In this document: positions 62,041 through 64,000 of the stretch, one piece after another | Layout of the letters: each line of letters opens with the position of its first letter | How positions within the stretch are numbered: position 1 is the stretch's first letter | Assembly: GCF_000142905.1 (NCBI RefSeq) | Contig: NW_013657662.1 | Span: forward strand, 310,001 to 374,000 | Direction of reading: 5' to 3' | DNA: 64,000 nucleotides | Source: Thecamonas trahens ATCC 50062 | Taxonomy: Eukaryota > Protista > Apusomonadida | Notes under the pieces: model-generated | Told to the model about the DNA's origin: nothing | The model's database searches: none | What the model saw: only the letters and a program-made list of their open reading frames with translations | Program-made: the position numbers and the translations under genes

Positions 62041-63483
62041 ATGTCCAGCCTGCTCTCGGCAGTCATTGAGACGGTAGGTGAGGGCTTTGGAAACCCAGAC
62101 CTGGACCCGGCGCTGCTGCCGCCGCTCGAGCTGGAGGTGGGCAAGGTGCTGGAGTGGCTCAAGTCGCGGGAGCTAGTGCGTGACCAGTGGCGGCAGGTGG
62201 CGGATATTGTGGCGGGGAAGAAGGACGCTGCGCTGGCTGCCCTCCCCGAGTCGGCCGCCACCTCGGCTACTATCAATGCGCTTGTTGACTATCCTGGTTA
62301 TCTCTCGCTGTGGCGCTGTCAGGAGATGCTTTCCGCTATGAAAGAGGCCGAGGTCGAGACGCGCAACTTCCTGGGCTCCTACGGATCCGATGCCGTGTCT
62401 GCCTGGCAGGACATTGTCAATCAGTATCTGGACGGCCGGGTCTATCTTGCTCGTGCAGTTCGCGCGCTAGTGGATGGCGTTCGCTACGAGCTGCCATCGC
62501 TTCTGCGGTCGCTGGCCTCGGCCGATGCATCGGTCGCTCGCTTGGCCCGGGTTGAGTCGACCGCCGCTGCCGACATTGCTCGGTTTCGCAAGGAATATGT
62601 CGAGATGGGCTCGCGATTCGGGCTGACGCTCAACGTGTCTGACGGTGGCGTTGGGCGCGATGCAAGTGTCGAGCGTGATGCTCTCTCCGCTTTGGCAGCA
62701 AAGGTGCCGGCTGTGCTTGAGCAAGCGCTGCTGTCTGCGCTGGACGAGCGCACCCGAGTGGCGGCAGCGTCTGCAATGGCCCGCTACGGCCATCCACTCC
62801 CAGTGCTCAGCTGGTTTTGCGAGCGTGTGGAGGACAGACTGATGAGCGTATCAAGTGAGCGGCTCGGGGCTCTTGCGAGCGCGATCGGGCTCGAGGTCGG
62901 GGCGCTGGGCGAGTCTTCGAGCATTGGTGTGCTGTTGCGCCAGCTGCAGGTCCGCTCCGCGCTGCTCGCAGAGTTAGATGAGGTCCACGGATTTCTCGAC
63001 GAGCTGATGGGCCAGGTTCAGGAAGTCAAGGCATCCGACGACCGCGTTGCTTCCAGCATCCTCCTCTCGCAACGCCTCAACAGCGTTTCGCTCGACGAGG
63101 TGGCGGAGGAGCGCGATGCACTTGCGGTGGCGAGCCGGGCGTTTGAGGCAAAGGAGATCAAGGAGCTGCTTTTAATCGACGGCTCGCCACGATATGTGGC
63201 GCGGATCGCCGCCGAGCTGCATTCAAAGCTCTACAAGGCAGCGCAGCTAGAGGCCGAGGTGGCGACGTTTGGCGAGCAGCGAAGCGGGTTTGCGGCGTCC
63301 AAGGCCAAGACGACGGCGCTCATCAAGGCATGTGCGTGCGAGATTCGCGAGCTCAAGAACCACATCGAGGCGGACATTTCGAGCGAGTTTAACGGGCGGA
63401 TTGTCCGCATCACCGGCGTCGACCGGCTCCTTGCCCAGGCCGCGGCCGTCACGGAGTCGAGCGGGAATGCGGGGCAAAGCTAA
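62041..63483 (+). CDS. CDK5RAP3: CDK5RAP3/C53 (UFMylation E3 adaptor)
   Basis: LPPLELEVGKVLEWLKSR...W, RNFLGSYGSDAVSAWQDIV, YELPSL, LLLIDGSPRYV and IEADISSEFNGRIVRITG. Confidence 0.85.
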   Translation: MSSLLSAVIETVGEGFGNPDLDPALLPPLELEVGKVLEWLKSRELVRDQWRQVADIVAGKKDAALAALPESAATSATINALVDYPGYLSLWRCQEMLSAMKEAEVETRNFLGSYGSDAVSAWQDIVNQYLDGRVYLARAVRALVDGVRYELPSLLRSLASADASVARLARVESTAAADIARFRKEYVEMGSRFGLTLNVSDGGVGRDASVERDALSALAAKVPAVLEQALLSALDERTRVAAASAMARYGHPLPVLSWFCERVEDRLMSVSSERLGALASAIGLEVGALGESSSIGVLLRQLQVRSALLAELDEVHGFLDELMGQVQEVKASDDRVASSILLSQRLNSVSLDEVAEERDALAVASRAFEAKEIKELLLIDGSPRYVARIAAELHSKLYKAAQLEAEVATFGEQRSGFAASKAKTTALIKACACEIRELKNHIEADISSEFNGRIVRITGVDRLLAQAAAVTESSGNAGQS

Positions 63484-63509
63484 AACTACGTGCTGCCCGC
63501 TGAAGCCTA

Positions 63510-64000
63510 CTACGCAATGTTGAAGACGCGGACTGCACCTGCGGTAATGGACGAGACGCCCAGGCCAAGGAGCTTGTTGCGGAGATCCGTTGTGAGCGGA
63601 ATGCCGGAGACCTTGACAGGATCCTCGTGGGCGTTGGACTCCATAAGCGTGCGCATGGTAGAGATGAGCAAGTCGTCCTGGTCGGCTTCGAGGGTGAGAG
63701 CGGCGATTTCCTTGTTCTTTTTCTTGATTTGCTTGGTGTACTTCTTGAAGGCCGAGTCATTGTCCTTCTTGGCGTCGCGCTTGTCACGCGACTTTGTCAG
63801 GGCATCGCGCTTCTCGCGGAGCTTGACCTCGAGCTTGTCGCGGTGACCTTGGACTTGGAGGACTGAGTTGCGGAGAAGATCGTTGTCGCGAGCATTGTAC
63901 GAGGTGAGGATGATGCCGGCCTGGCCAACCGAGAGCAGGTAGGCGAGGAAGAAGATTGAGTCGACAAGAGTAAAGACGGCGAGCTCGTCGAGAGCAACCG
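63510..64000 (-). CDS. 3' end of a PHTF/7TM ion channel (gustatory-receptor-like) superfamily membrane protein (5' partial)
   Basis: Not in the ORF track. Manual translation gives ...LVDSIFFLAYLLSVGQAG, a coiled coil, then LLISTMRTLMES...PVKVSGIPLTTDLRNKLLGLGVSSITAGAVRVFNIA*, with TAG at 63512-63510. Confidence 0.55.
   Translation of the reverse strand, partial: VALDELAVFTLVDSIFFLAYLLSVGQAGIILTSYNARDNDLLRNSVLQVQGHRDKLEVKLREKRDALTKSRDKRDAKKDNDSAFKKYTKQIKKKNKEIAALTLEADQDDLLISTMRTLMESNAHEDPVKVSGIPLTTDLRNKLLGLGVSSITAGAVRVFNIA

Noticed and set aside
1-64000. Alternative genetic code, selenoprotein, tRNA/rRNA or TPP riboswitch
   Set aside because: All three stops terminate conserved genes, no in-frame stops lie inside conserved domains, and no such RNA motifs were recognised by eye (no covariance search was run).

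Overview
This is GC-rich, gene-dense, intron-poor eukaryotic DNA under the standard genetic code (TAA, TAG and TGA are all used as stops). The ciliary genes (IFT139/TTC21, a TTLL glutamylase, LRRC74-like) point to a flagellated protist. Composition and gene content would fit an apusomonad such as Thecamonas, but that is inference only. About 30 protein genes are supported, most in divergent or convergent pairs with almost no 3' intergenic space. Recognisable genes include CFDP1/Swc5, OTU1/YOD1, an MFS transporter, ASPH-like, endonuclease V, PTDSS, C2-patatin, CENP-N, GON4L-like, adenosine deaminase, OvoA, TTC21B, a class IV sirtuin, LCB2, UTP21, FBXO3-like, NUDT21 and CDK5RAP3. Five GT-AG introns could be reconstructed in frame. 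Four single-base frameshifts in three genes, plus two frame breaks in the TTLL gene, look like sequencing or assembly errors. The main highlights are: (1) a dually acylated, IQ-bearing protein with four tandem class III cyclase domains, where catalysis appears split between domains 3 and 4; (2) a KCBP-type kinesin-14 whose tail is WD40 plus a ubiquitin-like domain; (3) a non-autonomous piggyBac-like element and a second end copy, both abutting TAA stop codons; (4) OvoA with a spliced mitochondrial-type presequence; (5) CDCA3-like, CG-1-like and PHTF/7TM-ion-channel-like proteins; and (6) a C53 lacking its sAIM-bearing disordered region. All family assignments come from motif recognition by eye; no searches were run.
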